Origin: a virus
Lineage: Duplodnaviria > Heunggongvirae > Uroviricota > Caudoviricetes
Direction: 5' to 3' (one strand)
IMG/VR virus record: IMGVR_UViG_2785510761_000002
DNA: 64,000 nt
The notes under the pieces were generated by a model. It was not told the DNA's origin. It did not search any database and worked only from the letters and a program-made list of their open reading frames with translations. Below are positions 1-9,330 of this stretch, piece after piece. Every line of letters begins with the position of its first letter. Position 1 is the stretch's first letter. The translations under genes and the position numbers were made by a program.

Positions 1-273
1 AGCTCGCCTTCGACTGCGTGCGGTTGATACCCGGCGTTGCCATCTTCGCCAGCTCCTCGAACGCCTGGCTCAGTCCGCGCCCGCCGGCCAGCATGTCCTC
101 GGTCGTTTTCGCATCAGTGATCGAAGACAAGGGGACGCTTCGGTACAGCCAGAGACTGCCGTCGACACCGGGAACCCGGCCATCAACGAGCGGCTTCATG
201 CTGCGTGTCTCCCACTGTGGGCTAGTGGGGATCGGCGGCGCGGTGAACTGCTTCTTCCTCTTCTTCCCGAGCA

Positions 274-1365
274 TCACTGGTCCTTCGCGTCTTTCTCCTT
301 GGCGGGCTCTTCTTCATTTGGCTGGTCGCCGTCCTCGGTTCCCGTCTTCGAAGGTTCTTTCAGCGACACCCCGTCTAGCCCCACAGAGAACGGCGAGAGG
401 CCGGGGCCTGCGCCCACCCCACCCCATGACACAACCTTTGCGTTCGCGGAGTGCGTGTCGATCACCAGCACGTCAAAGGTGATGGGGACTGACTTGTCTC
501 CGGGCTTTGGTGCAGGCTCTCCCGCCCAATGAACGAGAAGCTCGACGCGGGCAATTAGCTGGTCAGGCTCTTTCCACGATTCCTCCTCTGCGAGGGTCTT
601 CGGGGCGAGCACCGCAGTGGTGGTGACTTCGACGGTGACATCCTGTGCACCGCTAATCGGTACATAGGATCTGCCTTCTTTGCCGTCACCTGTCATTTGC
701 TTGAGGAGCTTCGGACTGCCTGAGATGTATGCGTCGGCCCAGGCTTCAATGGCGGTGGTGACCGCATCACTGGGGGAGTTGCCGCGGTACCCGAACCATG
801 GTGTTTCGCCTGCCCAGGCACTGGTCGCCTCGACTGGCCTGGGCAGCAGGGACGGTGTGTCTACGGTCTTCACGCCGTGCTCACCGTCCACGAGAACCAG
901 GACTTGACTGTCGTACACCTGGTCGCCGGCGCGCAGTGTGAAGTAGTGCGCCTGCTCGACGTACGACGGACGTTCGTCATTCTCTTTGAGCGGCTCGGGC
1001 GCGCTGCGTTCTGTGTAACCGTCCCAGGACACCATCGCCCCACCCGGGAGCGGCGCAGGATCCGAGCTCAACCAGCTCTCCACCTGAGAGATCGCTGCAG
1101 CCTTACCTCCCGCACCGTTCACGGTGTGGCTGGAGAGGTTCGGCATCTGCTGCTTCTCGCCGGTCGCCTCGAGGAACGACACCGCCCCCATGAGGAACGT
1201 GATTGGGACGAGCGCGAACGCTATGAACTTTAAGGCGAAGTTCAGGCCTTTCCGCTTGGCTATCTGCTGTGCGACAGTCGTCGAGCTGGGGTTTTCCGCG
1301 ACACCGGGAATCTCCATCGACTCTCGGATGTGCTGCATGTTGCCCGAACTGCTCTTCTTCGCCAA
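274..1365 (-). CDS. hypothetical membrane-anchored/secreted protein (N-terminal TM segment, acidic Lys/Glu-rich C-terminus)
   Basis: 363-aa ORF with a hydrophobic N-terminal helix (FIAFALVPITFLMGAVSFL). Last gene of a co-directional minus-strand operon. Confidence 0.5.
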   Translation of the reverse strand: MAKKSSSGNMQHIRESMEIPGVAENPSSTTVAQQIAKRKGLNFALKFIAFALVPITFLMGAVSFLEATGEKQQMPNLSSHTVNGAGGKAAAISQVESWLSSDPAPLPGGAMVSWDGYTERSAPEPLKENDERPSYVEQAHYFTLRAGDQVYDSQVLVLVDGEHGVKTVDTPSLLPRPVEATSAWAGETPWFGYRGNSPSDAVTTAIEAWADAYISGSPKLLKQMTGDGKEGRSYVPISGAQDVTVEVTTTAVLAPKTLAEEESWKEPDQLIARVELLVHWAGEPAPKPGDKSVPITFDVLVIDTHSANAKVVSWGGVGAGPGLSPFSVGLDGVSLKEPSKTGTEDGDQPNEEEPAKEKDAKDQ

Positions 1366-1411
1366 CGCGCCCGCCTTTCATCGATGTCTGCCCGCGCCTC
1401 TCCACATACGG

Positions 1412-1444
1412 GTTGAAACAACAAGCCCCGCTTGAGGGCGGGGC
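1412..1444 (-). terminator. Rho-independent terminator candidate
   Basis: On the minus strand, the GC hairpin AGCCCCGCC-ctcaa-GCGGGGCT is followed by a UUGUUGUUUC run, immediately downstream of the stop of the 1450..1800 gene. Confidence 0.5.
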
Positions 1445-1449
1445 TTGTG

Positions 1450-1800
1450 TCAGTCGAATGGGATTCCTTCGTATCCCGGAGGGGCCGGCAAACTGCCAGG
1501 GTCATGAGGTTGAACACCCCATCTGTCGGCGAGCATCTGCTGGGCGGCGACAGCGATCATCGGGTATTGATCCTGCGCGAGCATCTCGACTGTCTCCCGA
1601 TCCAGGTTCTCCTCCGAGAGGAGAGCGCGGCGCACGCGATGGTCGGGACATGCGATGATGGCTTTGGTGCAGCCAGCGCAGCGCGACCTTTTCTTCACCA
1701 CCTTTTCGGTGCATGGCTCCCAGCACTCGCGGCACTCCCCGGGAAGGTGCGACGCATGCTGGGGCGTTGGCGTGTACCGCCAGCTGACACATTTCGCCAT
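1450..1800 (-). CDS. Cys-rich small protein (putative zinc-ribbon)
   Basis: 116 aa with paired Cys motifs (CRECWEPC ... CAGCTKAIIACPDH). Third-position GC is high, about 75% by hand count, and consistent with coding. Confidence 0.45.
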   Translation of the reverse strand: MAKCVSWRYTPTPQHASHLPGECRECWEPCTEKVVKKRSRCAGCTKAIIACPDHRVRRALLSEENLDRETVEMLAQDQYPMIAVAAQQMLADRWGVQPHDPGSLPAPPGYEGIPFD

Positions 1801-1807
1801 GGGGCAG

Positions 1808-2404
1808 TTAGCCTCGAATGTCCTGCGCGCGCGAGATCAGCGAACGCTGGTCGGCGCTCAGCCCGGAGATCAGCCCAGCAAGCTCAACGGCAGCATTGAT
1901 CTCGTCTCGGGGGAGCGGGGTGCTACTCCCGCTCAGCTCCGTGAGCAAGGCGTGGATGCGGTTCCGGGAGGGGCGATCCATCCCCGTGAGCTGGGCGCTC
2001 AAACGGAACGGGTTCTCGTCTGCCGCTTCAATGAGTATCGCGAGTTCGCCAAGTACGTCATCGGTCGCGGTCTGAGTAATCAGTGCGATGGTCAGATCGT
2101 CGGCGGTCTTCTCGGACTTCGCGACATGAGCCAGCAGCGATACCAGGTCAGTGTCAGCCGTCTCTAGATCGGCTCGGAGGTCAAGCACGCGCTGCACCTG
2201 CGCGCGTGTGATCGCTCCGCTGGACCGCTTGCGGATCGCGGACTTCGGCTTCTTGGGATCCGGCTCGGACTCGACAGGCTCCACGCTGGTGTCTGCTTCT
2301 TCCGGGTCGTCGTAGCCTGGCAGGTGCGAGCTTGCCTCGGTGCTACTCTCTTCGATTTCTTCGAGCTCCTCGCTGCGCGAGAATTGGTCGTTCCAGCCGG
2401 ACAT
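1808..2404 (-). CDS. hypothetical acidic protein
   Basis: 198-aa ORF in the same minus-strand operon, Glu/Asp-rich at both termini. Confidence 0.5.
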   Translation of the reverse strand: MSGWNDQFSRSEELEEIEESSTEASSHLPGYDDPEEADTSVEPVESEPDPKKPKSAIRKRSSGAITRAQVQRVLDLRADLETADTDLVSLLAHVAKSEKTADDLTIALITQTATDDVLGELAILIEAADENPFRLSAQLTGMDRPSRNRIHALLTELSGSSTPLPRDEINAAVELAGLISGLSADQRSLISRAQDIRG

Positions 2405-2454
2405 GGGGCTCCTTCATCAGTGGTACTGGGTCGTCATTGCACATAGGGGTCAGC

Positions 2455-3138
2455 TCAGATTTTGGGCTCTTCGATGCCTATGAGATTTCCGTCGTAGTCG
2501 AACTTCATGTTCCACACATTGACCGTCGACAACGTGCCTCGGTCTTGACCGCCACCGGATGAGAACTGTGCAGTGAACGACACCTCTACGGGGACGGTGT
2601 ATACGCCATCGAGACCGGTGGCGAAGCCTGCAACCGTCTTCGTGTTGAGCACCTCGGACACTGTCCGCCAAGATGGGTTACCCGATGCTTGGGGCTTGAA
2701 GAAATGGATCTTGGGCTTCTTCTTCGCCCACTTATCAGCGTTCGGGATGACCTCTGCGAGCTGTGCTTGTCGTGCTTCCCCCATCTGATCCGTGTCCACA
2801 GTGAGCCACGCACGTGCAGCGCGCTCGCCGGTGTCTACGATCTCCTGCGGCACATCAACAAAAGCATCCGCATCCGCTACGTCGTCCTCTGTGATGTCCG
2901 CGAAATTCGGCACCCCATGGCTGAGATCTGGCGCACCAGGTTCAGGAGTATCAGGGCTCACCCCGTCCTTGTCTCGCGGGACGGTCGGCGCCGCTGGCTC
3001 ACCGACCTCGAGCTCGTTGACGGCGGACTCGTCTCGGTCATTGGCGTCCTCAGACTTCATCTGCAGGAAGAGTGCGAACCCGACGCACGCTACGATCACG
3101 GCGCTGGCGGCCGCGATTACCCAATGTCTTGGTTCCAC
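2455..3138 (-). CDS. hypothetical membrane-anchored protein
   Basis: 227-aa ORF with an N-terminal TM helix (VIAAASAVIVACVGFALFL). Co-directional with its neighbours. Confidence 0.5.
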   Translation of the reverse strand: MEPRHWVIAAASAVIVACVGFALFLQMKSEDANDRDESAVNELEVGEPAAPTVPRDKDGVSPDTPEPGAPDLSHGVPNFADITEDDVADADAFVDVPQEIVDTGERAARAWLTVDTDQMGEARQAQLAEVIPNADKWAKKKPKIHFFKPQASGNPSWRTVSEVLNTKTVAGFATGLDGVYTVPVEVSFTAQFSSGGGQDRGTLSTVNVWNMKFDYDGNLIGIEEPKI

Positions 3139-3147
3139 TGTGACCTC

Positions 3148-5631
3148 CTACGGTCTGGGGATGTACTGGTACGGATCGATGTTCTGCGGGATGCTCGTCG
3201 GGCTGGTGGACAGAGCGAAGTGCGCGTGAGGGCCAGTGGTGCAGCCGCTCATACCCGCGCTGGCGATCTGCTGACCGGCTTTCACTTTCGATCCCACTGG
3301 AGCGGTTGTCCCCTTGGTGAGGTGCGAGTGAGCGGAGTAGATCACCTTGCCCTGGTACTCATGCTTGACGATCACTGCAACGTTGTTTCCGTGCCACGGG
3401 GCTGGGCAGCCGGCCCAGTATGGCGAGATTGGAGTGTCATCTCCTGAGTAGACGACGACTCCGTCATAAGGTGAGCACTTCGCGCCACCCGGCGCTGATC
3501 CCATGTCCAGAGCGTATCCGTCGTGGTAGCCCTGGTTGATGGAGAACTGGTCGGACGGCCAGAACCACCCGGTAGCGTCATTTTTCGGGTTGCAACTGCC
3601 GTCAGCAAGCCACGTGCTTGAGGCTTCCTCGTCCGCACACTTTGTGACTGACGCAGTGGCGGTCTCGCTTGAGTCGCCTTGGCCCCCGGTGCCATCTGCG
3701 AATTTCCACTTCTTGGGGTCAGCTTTTACCTTGCTGCTGTTGAACGCAGTGTCAGCTGCGCGCGCATTCTCCGCACGCTTGTCTGCCATGGCTTCATGAT
3801 CTCCAGGGCGCTCGTATCCAAGAAGGAACGCCTTTCCGGCCGCTACTGGATCGTCGGAGGAGAGCCAATCCTCCATGGAGTCAAAAGTGCCAGGGGCATT
3901 GCGCTGCACGTACGGCCATACAGCCTTGTTCTTGAACTCGAGCCCCCACATGGCGGCGATCTGGTTTTCGATCGACCATGACCCGCCAGTCATCCATGGC
4001 TCTGCCTTTGAAGCTGGCAGGAATTGGAAGAGGCCCTTGGCGCCAATCGAGTTGGTGACCTCTACGTTGAACCCAGACTCCTGCTCGATGTTTCCGAGCA
4101 CACCTGCGGCGAACGCGCCAGAGACCCCATACTCCTTGGTGAGGATGTCGAAAATCTGCTGCGCTACCGCATGTTTTTCCGTGCCCGGCTTTAGCCAATC
4201 GCCGGACGCGTTCGAGCCTGGCTGAGTTCCGTTGCTCGCAGGTTTGGCATCACTTGCGCACCCGATGGTGCCCAGCTCCCACTCAAGCGCTTGATCGAAA
4301 ATTTTCTCGGCGTTCGATCCACTCACACCTGCTTCCTTGAGGGCGTTCACGTACAACGTTTTCGTGGCCCTGTGTTTGTTGAACAGCGCTTCGCTTCCAC
4401 CGTCATCCGGGTCGTAGATCGCCCGTGCACGCCCCTCTGACTGATTCGCCGCCACCGCGCCAGCGGCGACATTGCTGTATGCGCCACTTGGATCCGCCCA
4501 GCTGAGGATCTTAGAGAAGCTGTAGAGGTCCCAACCGAACACCTGCTTGGAGTCTTTCGCTGACTGCCTGTCTCGGTCAGACTTCACGGTGTCGTAATGA
4601 TCAGCTGCTCGTGAAACAGCTTGTGACACCGCATCCACCTCATCGGACGGTGGCGTTTCAGCGGCGTTTTCCGGTGCCTCGACGGGAGCTTCATTAGAGT
4701 ACTCAACCGGGCCGCGCTCCTTGAGTCTCTCAAGTTCTTCGGCTTGCTTGTCCTCGTCGTTGCCGATTCGTTCGTTCGCAGCGAGCACGATAGTCCACGG
4801 TGCACTACTGCCGGTGAATGAGAGGGCATGCTGCACTCCACCAATCGAGTTTCCGGAAACCTCCGACGCGTTGACCGATGCAACTTTGCTGGTGTGAACC
4901 CCTTCATCTGCTCCACCGCTGCCGATGCTTGTCAGCATGAGCAGGCCGATCCCGAGCGCCATAGGCATGGCTCCAATAAGCACCGCGAGCACCATGAGTA
5001 CGGAGTTCCGGAACACCTTATTGTTGGTGAAGGTGCCGCCAAGCCCTTTGAGAGCTCCGAGCGCGGCGCCGGGAACTCCGCCTTTTGTTGCGGCGCCCTC
5101 GGCAGCACCAACGGCAGCGTCTTTCAGCGCCTGCTTTGCTGCGCCCCCTCTGGTTCCCTCATCCTCTGGCTTGGATTTCACCAGCTTGTCTGCGGCCCTG
5201 TTTGCCGCGCCGCTGATCGCAGACCTTTTCCCCGGCGCAGAACCGCCTGGCCGACCATGCGAGGCCGCGGCCTTCGGTGCGGTGGCACTGGCGGCCTTTG
5301 CTCCGGTCGCCTGGGCTCTGGCACCAGTTGGGGAGGTCTGAGCGATCGGAGCTGCGGCTGAGTTGGCATCTGCGCTTGTTGAGCTGGGCGCTGTTGGCTG
5401 GGGCGCTGTAGCGCCTCGGGCGGAGGTAGGCTGTTGGCTCTTCTCCTGCTGAGGTCGCACTGGCGCGATTGTCCTGGGCCTGTTCGGCGGGCTGACCATC
5501 GTGCTTCGTGAAGTGGCGGGCTGGTCAGAGGGCGGAGTTTGTGACCCCTCATGCTCGTCAAGCTCGACGCTACCTTCAATCTCTTCGGCTTCTACGTCGT
5601 CATCGAGCTCTTCGTGTTCACTCAAAACCAT
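3148..5631 (-). CDS. membrane-associated peptidoglycan hydrolase (lysozyme-like domain plus C-terminal M23 metallopeptidase)
   Basis: 827 aa. The C-terminus carries the M23 signature MSGCTTGPHAHFAL (G.SG.STGPHLHF). The central region has a GNIEQESGFN motif reminiscent of the phage-tail or CwlT-type lysozyme-like family. TM helices (VLMVLAVLIGAMPMALGIGLLMLTSIG) precede a long Ala/Pro/Ser-rich N-terminus. Confidence 0.75.
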   Translation of the reverse strand: MVLSEHEELDDDVEAEEIEGSVELDEHEGSQTPPSDQPATSRSTMVSPPNRPRTIAPVRPQQEKSQQPTSARGATAPQPTAPSSTSADANSAAAPIAQTSPTGARAQATGAKAASATAPKAAASHGRPGGSAPGKRSAISGAANRAADKLVKSKPEDEGTRGGAAKQALKDAAVGAAEGAATKGGVPGAALGALKGLGGTFTNNKVFRNSVLMVLAVLIGAMPMALGIGLLMLTSIGSGGADEGVHTSKVASVNASEVSGNSIGGVQHALSFTGSSAPWTIVLAANERIGNDEDKQAEELERLKERGPVEYSNEAPVEAPENAAETPPSDEVDAVSQAVSRAADHYDTVKSDRDRQSAKDSKQVFGWDLYSFSKILSWADPSGAYSNVAAGAVAANQSEGRARAIYDPDDGGSEALFNKHRATKTLYVNALKEAGVSGSNAEKIFDQALEWELGTIGCASDAKPASNGTQPGSNASGDWLKPGTEKHAVAQQIFDILTKEYGVSGAFAAGVLGNIEQESGFNVEVTNSIGAKGLFQFLPASKAEPWMTGGSWSIENQIAAMWGLEFKNKAVWPYVQRNAPGTFDSMEDWLSSDDPVAAGKAFLLGYERPGDHEAMADKRAENARAADTAFNSSKVKADPKKWKFADGTGGQGDSSETATASVTKCADEEASSTWLADGSCNPKNDATGWFWPSDQFSINQGYHDGYALDMGSAPGGAKCSPYDGVVVYSGDDTPISPYWAGCPAPWHGNNVAVIVKHEYQGKVIYSAHSHLTKGTTAPVGSKVKAGQQIASAGMSGCTTGPHAHFALSTSPTSIPQNIDPYQYIPRP

Positions 5632-6029
5632 TCACCCGCTTTCCGATCAAGAGTCTCTGGGAAGTATTTACGCCGGCGGGCTGCGATCAGGAAACCCGCG
5701 AGCGCGGACGGCTGCCTCCCGCCTTTTGACAGGTTGTGCGGTGCGCACGCGGCCACCAGGTTCTGCATGGAAGTCGCGCCGCCGCGGGTGTGTGGAAACC
5801 AGTGATCGGCATGCTGCGCAGTTCGCGTGCACCTCGTGAACCACGGGGTCGAGAACTCACACTGATGGCCAGCCCTTGTGAATCCGACATTCCTCTGGGC
5901 GGAGTCGAACGCACGCTTGGGGTCTTTCCTTGCTGTTTTCGGGAGTGCTCGTACCACCAGGATGAGCAGTGCCACAGCGATGGAAGCCAAAGCCCACGTA
6001 GGGACGGAGTGTGCGAGATCCATCAGCAT
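5622..6029 (-). CDS. HNH endonuclease-domain protein with N-terminal TM helix
   Basis: HNH motif HADHWFPHTRGGATSMQNLVAACAPHN (H-x-D-H...GG...N-L...C..H-N). Hydrophobic N-terminus. Confidence 0.6.
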   Translation of the reverse strand: MLMDLAHSVPTWALASIAVALLILVVRALPKTARKDPKRAFDSAQRNVGFTRAGHQCEFSTPWFTRCTRTAQHADHWFPHTRGGATSMQNLVAACAPHNLSKGGRQPSALAGFLIAARRRKYFPETLDRKAGEWF

Positions 6030-6973
6030 GCTGTCGCGCTCATACCGATCGAGCCCTCACCGGAGGCGGAGAAGTTCTGGGATCCGCTGACGGTAACAGT
6101 GACTGACGCGCTGCCGGCGCCTGACGATGACTGTCCTCCGCCGCTAATGGTGACCGTACCTCCGCCGCTGGCGGTAACCGTGACCGTAGTGGGGATCGGG
6201 CAACTCACCGACATTGAGGTTGACGCTGTGGCACCACCTCCGCCGCCACTTCCTGTCCCGCCGCCGCCGGAGCCGTCACCTCCGTTGCCCGGGTTGGGCG
6301 GGTAGATGGGGTCAGGGGTTTGGGGCCACTGCTGCTCCTGCTGCCGCTGGCGCTCGCGCTCGGCCTCCTCGGCAGCTTCACGTTCGGCCTTTTCGTTTTC
6401 GGCCTTCTTCTTGGCCTCTGCGTCTTTCTTCTCCTGAGCTTCTTTATCTGCCTTGGCTTGATCGTCCTGCTGCTTTTTGATCGCTCGATCGAGTGCTGAC
6501 GTTGCGGAGATCAGTGAGGTGCGAGCGCTGTTGAGGCCGGCACTTGTGGAGTTGGATGTGCTGAGCAGCGCCGAGGCATCTTGCCGAGACTCAGCAAAGG
6601 CTGTCCACGCCTGAGTCACCTCAGCGGTTGACTTCTCAGGAGCTTTTCGCTCACTGGCCTGCTCGACCGCGGTCTCAAGTTTTGAGAGAGCTACGGCTCG
6701 AGCTTCTCTCTCGGCGACAACCTCTTCCGATTGCAGCCCAGTGACATCCAGGAATCTGCCCCATATCGTCGGACCCTGCCAGACCGCCCCGCCGGCCAAC
6801 GAGAGTGTCAGCAATGTCGCCGCCGCAACCTTGAATGTTCGCCCGCCAATGGCATACCGCAGACGAGCGCCGGTGCCCGCGCGCAGGGTGATGAGGGGTT
6901 TTGGCATGCCTGGCTCCTGTGTCTTGATGTCTTCCTGGCACATACGGGTCCTGAAAACCAGAACAGCCCCCAT
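6023..6973 (-). CDS. hypothetical membrane-anchored coiled-coil protein with Gly/Ser/Thr-rich C-terminus
   Basis: 316 aa with a TM helix near the N-terminus, an EKKDAEAKKKAENEKAERE charged helix, a GGGGTGSGGGGG run and a TVTVT repeat tail. Confidence 0.5.
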   Translation of the reverse strand: MGAVLVFRTRMCQEDIKTQEPGMPKPLITLRAGTGARLRYAIGGRTFKVAAATLLTLSLAGGAVWQGPTIWGRFLDVTGLQSEEVVAEREARAVALSKLETAVEQASERKAPEKSTAEVTQAWTAFAESRQDASALLSTSNSTSAGLNSARTSLISATSALDRAIKKQQDDQAKADKEAQEKKDAEAKKKAENEKAEREAAEEAERERQRQQEQQWPQTPDPIYPPNPGNGGDGSGGGGTGSGGGGGATASTSMSVSCPIPTTVTVTASGGGTVTISGGGQSSSGAGSASVTVTVSGSQNFSASGEGSIGMSATAC

Positions 6974-7006
6974 GCCGAAGCGTGAGGGCTGTTCTGGTGA
7001 GTGCGA

Positions 7007-7627
7007 CTAGAAGTCGAGCTCACCGGGCTGCGGGGTCGGGTTCTGACCCTGCGGAACCTGCGGCTGGGCAACCTGCTGAGGTGCCTGCTGCATCTGCGGC
7101 TGCGGTGCCTGCTGCATCTGCGGCTGCGGTGCCTGCTGCATCTGCGGCTGGGCGACCTGCTGCTGAGGTGCCTGCTGCATCTGGTTCACGGGCTGAGCGG
7201 GTGCCTGAGGCTGGCTCTGCTGAGCCACCTGAGCAGCCGGGTGAGCGTTCTGCTGCGCGGGGGCGCTTTTCTGGAACGCCGCCGTGCCGAAGCGCAGCGA
7301 GATCGCGATGTCTTCTGCCGTGATCACCTGCTTTGAGCGGTTCCCGCCGGTAGCCGTGTCCACCCAGGTCTGGGTTTCGATACGGCCGGTGACCGTGACG
7401 CGCATGCCCTTCTTCAGGCTGAGGTTCGCGTGCTGTGCGAGGTCACGGAAACCCTGCACCTCGAATCGGTTCGTCACGCCGTCCACGAACTTCTGCTGCT
7501 GCTTATCGAAGTGCTGAGGCGTGCTCAGCACGACGAGATTCGAGATGGCAACACCCTGTACGGAGACGAAGGGCTTGGGATCCTCTGCGAGGTTTCCCGT
7601 GATAGTGATGTTGGTTTCGCCAGCCAT
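7007..7627 (-). CDS. ssb: single-stranded DNA-binding protein
   Basis: N-terminal OB-fold similar to SSB (ITGNLAEDPKPF...RFEVQGFRDLAQHA...GMRVTVTGRIETQTW). Q/P-rich tail of imperfect repeats ending in the acidic tip GELDF. Confidence 0.85.
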   Translation of the reverse strand: MAGETNITITGNLAEDPKPFVSVQGVAISNLVVLSTPQHFDKQQQKFVDGVTNRFEVQGFRDLAQHANLSLKKGMRVTVTGRIETQTWVDTATGGNRSKQVITAEDIAISLRFGTAAFQKSAPAQQNAHPAAQVAQQSQPQAPAQPVNQMQQAPQQQVAQPQMQQAPQPQMQQAPQPQMQQAPQQVAQPQVPQGQNPTPQPGELDF

Positions 7628-7720
7628 AGTCTTTTCCTCTACTGTTTCAAATTGCTCTCCGGCTGGGAGATGCCTCGGCGGGAGTGCTTCGACCTACTAC
7701 TAATGCGCGGCGCTCGACGA

Positions 7721-8857
7721 CTACGCAGCCACCCGGTTCCCGCCGAGGTTCAGCAGTAGCGTTTGCACCTTGGAGCGGAACGCGTTGCGGCGGGCTCGTG
7801 GAATCTTGGGTGCTGCTGGGCAAGTGTGCTGAACGCCAGACCTGGTGACCCGGCGGCACTTCTGGCAGCGATCCACCTGGACACGTTCCGCCCGGTTCTT
7901 CACCAGCTCGTTGTACGCACGGCCAGGGGACCCAGAGCGCAGAATCTCCTCGTACACCTGACGCGGCACCTCGTACGAGTAGGTCCGGCTGCCCTTCATA
8001 GTGAGTGTCATGGTGTTCGTAGCCCGCTCGAACCCGACCCCCTTGATGAATGAGGGCACGGCCGGTGCCTGCATCTGAGCCCCAGCACGGGCCACGCGAT
8101 CGATCTGCAGTTGCTGAAGGGCGCTCTTGCCCTCGACCACCGTCACAGCTTCACCGCGTGCACGTGCTTCCTGGTTTGCGCGGCGAACATTGGCGAAGTG
8201 CAACTCTGCGTCCTTGAGCGCCAGCGACGGACGTCGTGCCTCGAGTACGCAGGCAACAGACTCTGCAGCGCGGTTCTTGGACACGTGATCAGGGAATCCG
8301 AGAGCCTGCACGTCCCATGCGCCGCCGGCCCCTTCGGTCACGCGAACGTACCCGGAGATCCGGCCGCCGCCGTGCTCCATCTCGATCGGCAGGTCAAACG
8401 TCTGTCGTTTGTTCTCCTTGGAGAATCGACGAATCGCTGTGGCGCTCGGCATGCGCAGGTTTACTCCTGCACCGTGGTAGTTCATACGGTGGGTTCGACG
8501 ATGGCCACTAAGGGCGTGCCCATCAGTCATGCCTGGAGTGTAATCGTCGGGCATGATCTTGTATGCGTGGTGCCCTTCGGGCTGCTGCTCCATCCGCTCA
8601 TAGTGCTGCTGCCACCACACATCGATTCCTTCGGTGAAGCTCGGGTTCGTCGCTGACTCCACTGTCGAGGCGTGCGCGTACCCGACGCGCTCAAGCTGCG
8701 CGATGATTGCCTTGCGCTGCTCGGCTGCGTCACCCATGCCTGCGTACACAGGGGGAGGGCCACCTGCGCTGCGGTTGTGGGAGGCGTAGCTTCCTCCGGA
8801 TCCACCCCGGGCAGTCTTCCCGAGTCCAAGGTCTGCGCGTCGCGTCTGGTTTGTCAT
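7721..8857 (-). CDS. leader-family protein 1: conserved N-terminal leader (MTNQTRRADLGLGKTARGGSGGSYASHNR..PPP) plus a unique C-terminal region with a C-terminal CxxC..C..P cluster
   Basis: Shares the roughly 40-aa N-terminal motif with 10 other ORFs in the window. Upstream motif GCCGCACGTAATCGTCGAC-ATG. Confidence 0.7.
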   Translation of the reverse strand: MTNQTRRADLGLGKTARGGSGGSYASHNRSAGGPPPVYAGMGDAAEQRKAIIAQLERVGYAHASTVESATNPSFTEGIDVWWQQHYERMEQQPEGHHAYKIMPDDYTPGMTDGHALSGHRRTHRMNYHGAGVNLRMPSATAIRRFSKENKRQTFDLPIEMEHGGGRISGYVRVTEGAGGAWDVQALGFPDHVSKNRAAESVACVLEARRPSLALKDAELHFANVRRANQEARARGEAVTVVEGKSALQQLQIDRVARAGAQMQAPAVPSFIKGVGFERATNTMTLTMKGSRTYSYEVPRQVYEEILRSGSPGRAYNELVKNRAERVQVDRCQKCRRVTRSGVQHTCPAAPKIPRARRNAFRSKVQTLLLNLGGNRVAA

Positions 8858-9029
8858 GTCGACGATTACGTGCGGCTGTTGGGTCAGCGGCGGTTCGGTG
8901 AAACTGCGCTATGCAGTGCAGTGTCGCCCCACGGTTGGCTCCGCTCGATATTCGAGGGCTCAACGAGCTCCAAAACCGACGCTCATACCTAGAGGGGGTA
9001 TGCAGGGTACCCCAGTGGGGTATATGTTG

Positions 9030-9330
9030 TCAGTTTTGCCCGGGTTTGGGCGTGTTTTGCCCGGGTTGCTCGCCCGCTTGCTCGGGCTACTTCCCTTACG
9101 GGAGTAAGGCTCTCCCGGTTTGCACGGTTTTTCTGGAAATCTGCCTCCCCTATAGACAGTGAGTAACTGTTTCACCGGTTTTGAGGTTCTGCATCTATCT
9201 ATCTATTTCTCTAATAAGAGATAAATAGATATAAACCCGAGTAAACCGGGAGAGCCCTACTCTCGTAAGGGATGCAGCCCGAGCACGAACCCGGTTTTGC
9301 CCGGGCAAGGCCGAGTAAAACCGGGCAAAC
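9030..9330. repeat. iteron-like direct and inverted repeats flanking an AT-rich core (candidate origin)
   Basis: The 13-mer TTTTGCCCGGGTT occurs three times direct and once inverted. A longer inverted pair, TTACGGGAGTAAGGCTCTCCCGGTTTGC / GTAAACCGGGAGAGCCCTACTCTCGTAAGG, brackets the AT-rich palindromic core TCTATCTATCTATTTCTCTAATAAGAGATAAATAGATATAAA. The region is non-coding in all six frames in a 70% GC context. Confidence 0.4.

Noticed and set aside
18-532. Plus-strand ORFs 18..482 and 299..532
   Set aside because: They overlap the well-supported minus-strand gene 274..1365 and have low-complexity Ser/Pro/Arg-rich translations typical of wrong-frame reads of high-GC DNA.
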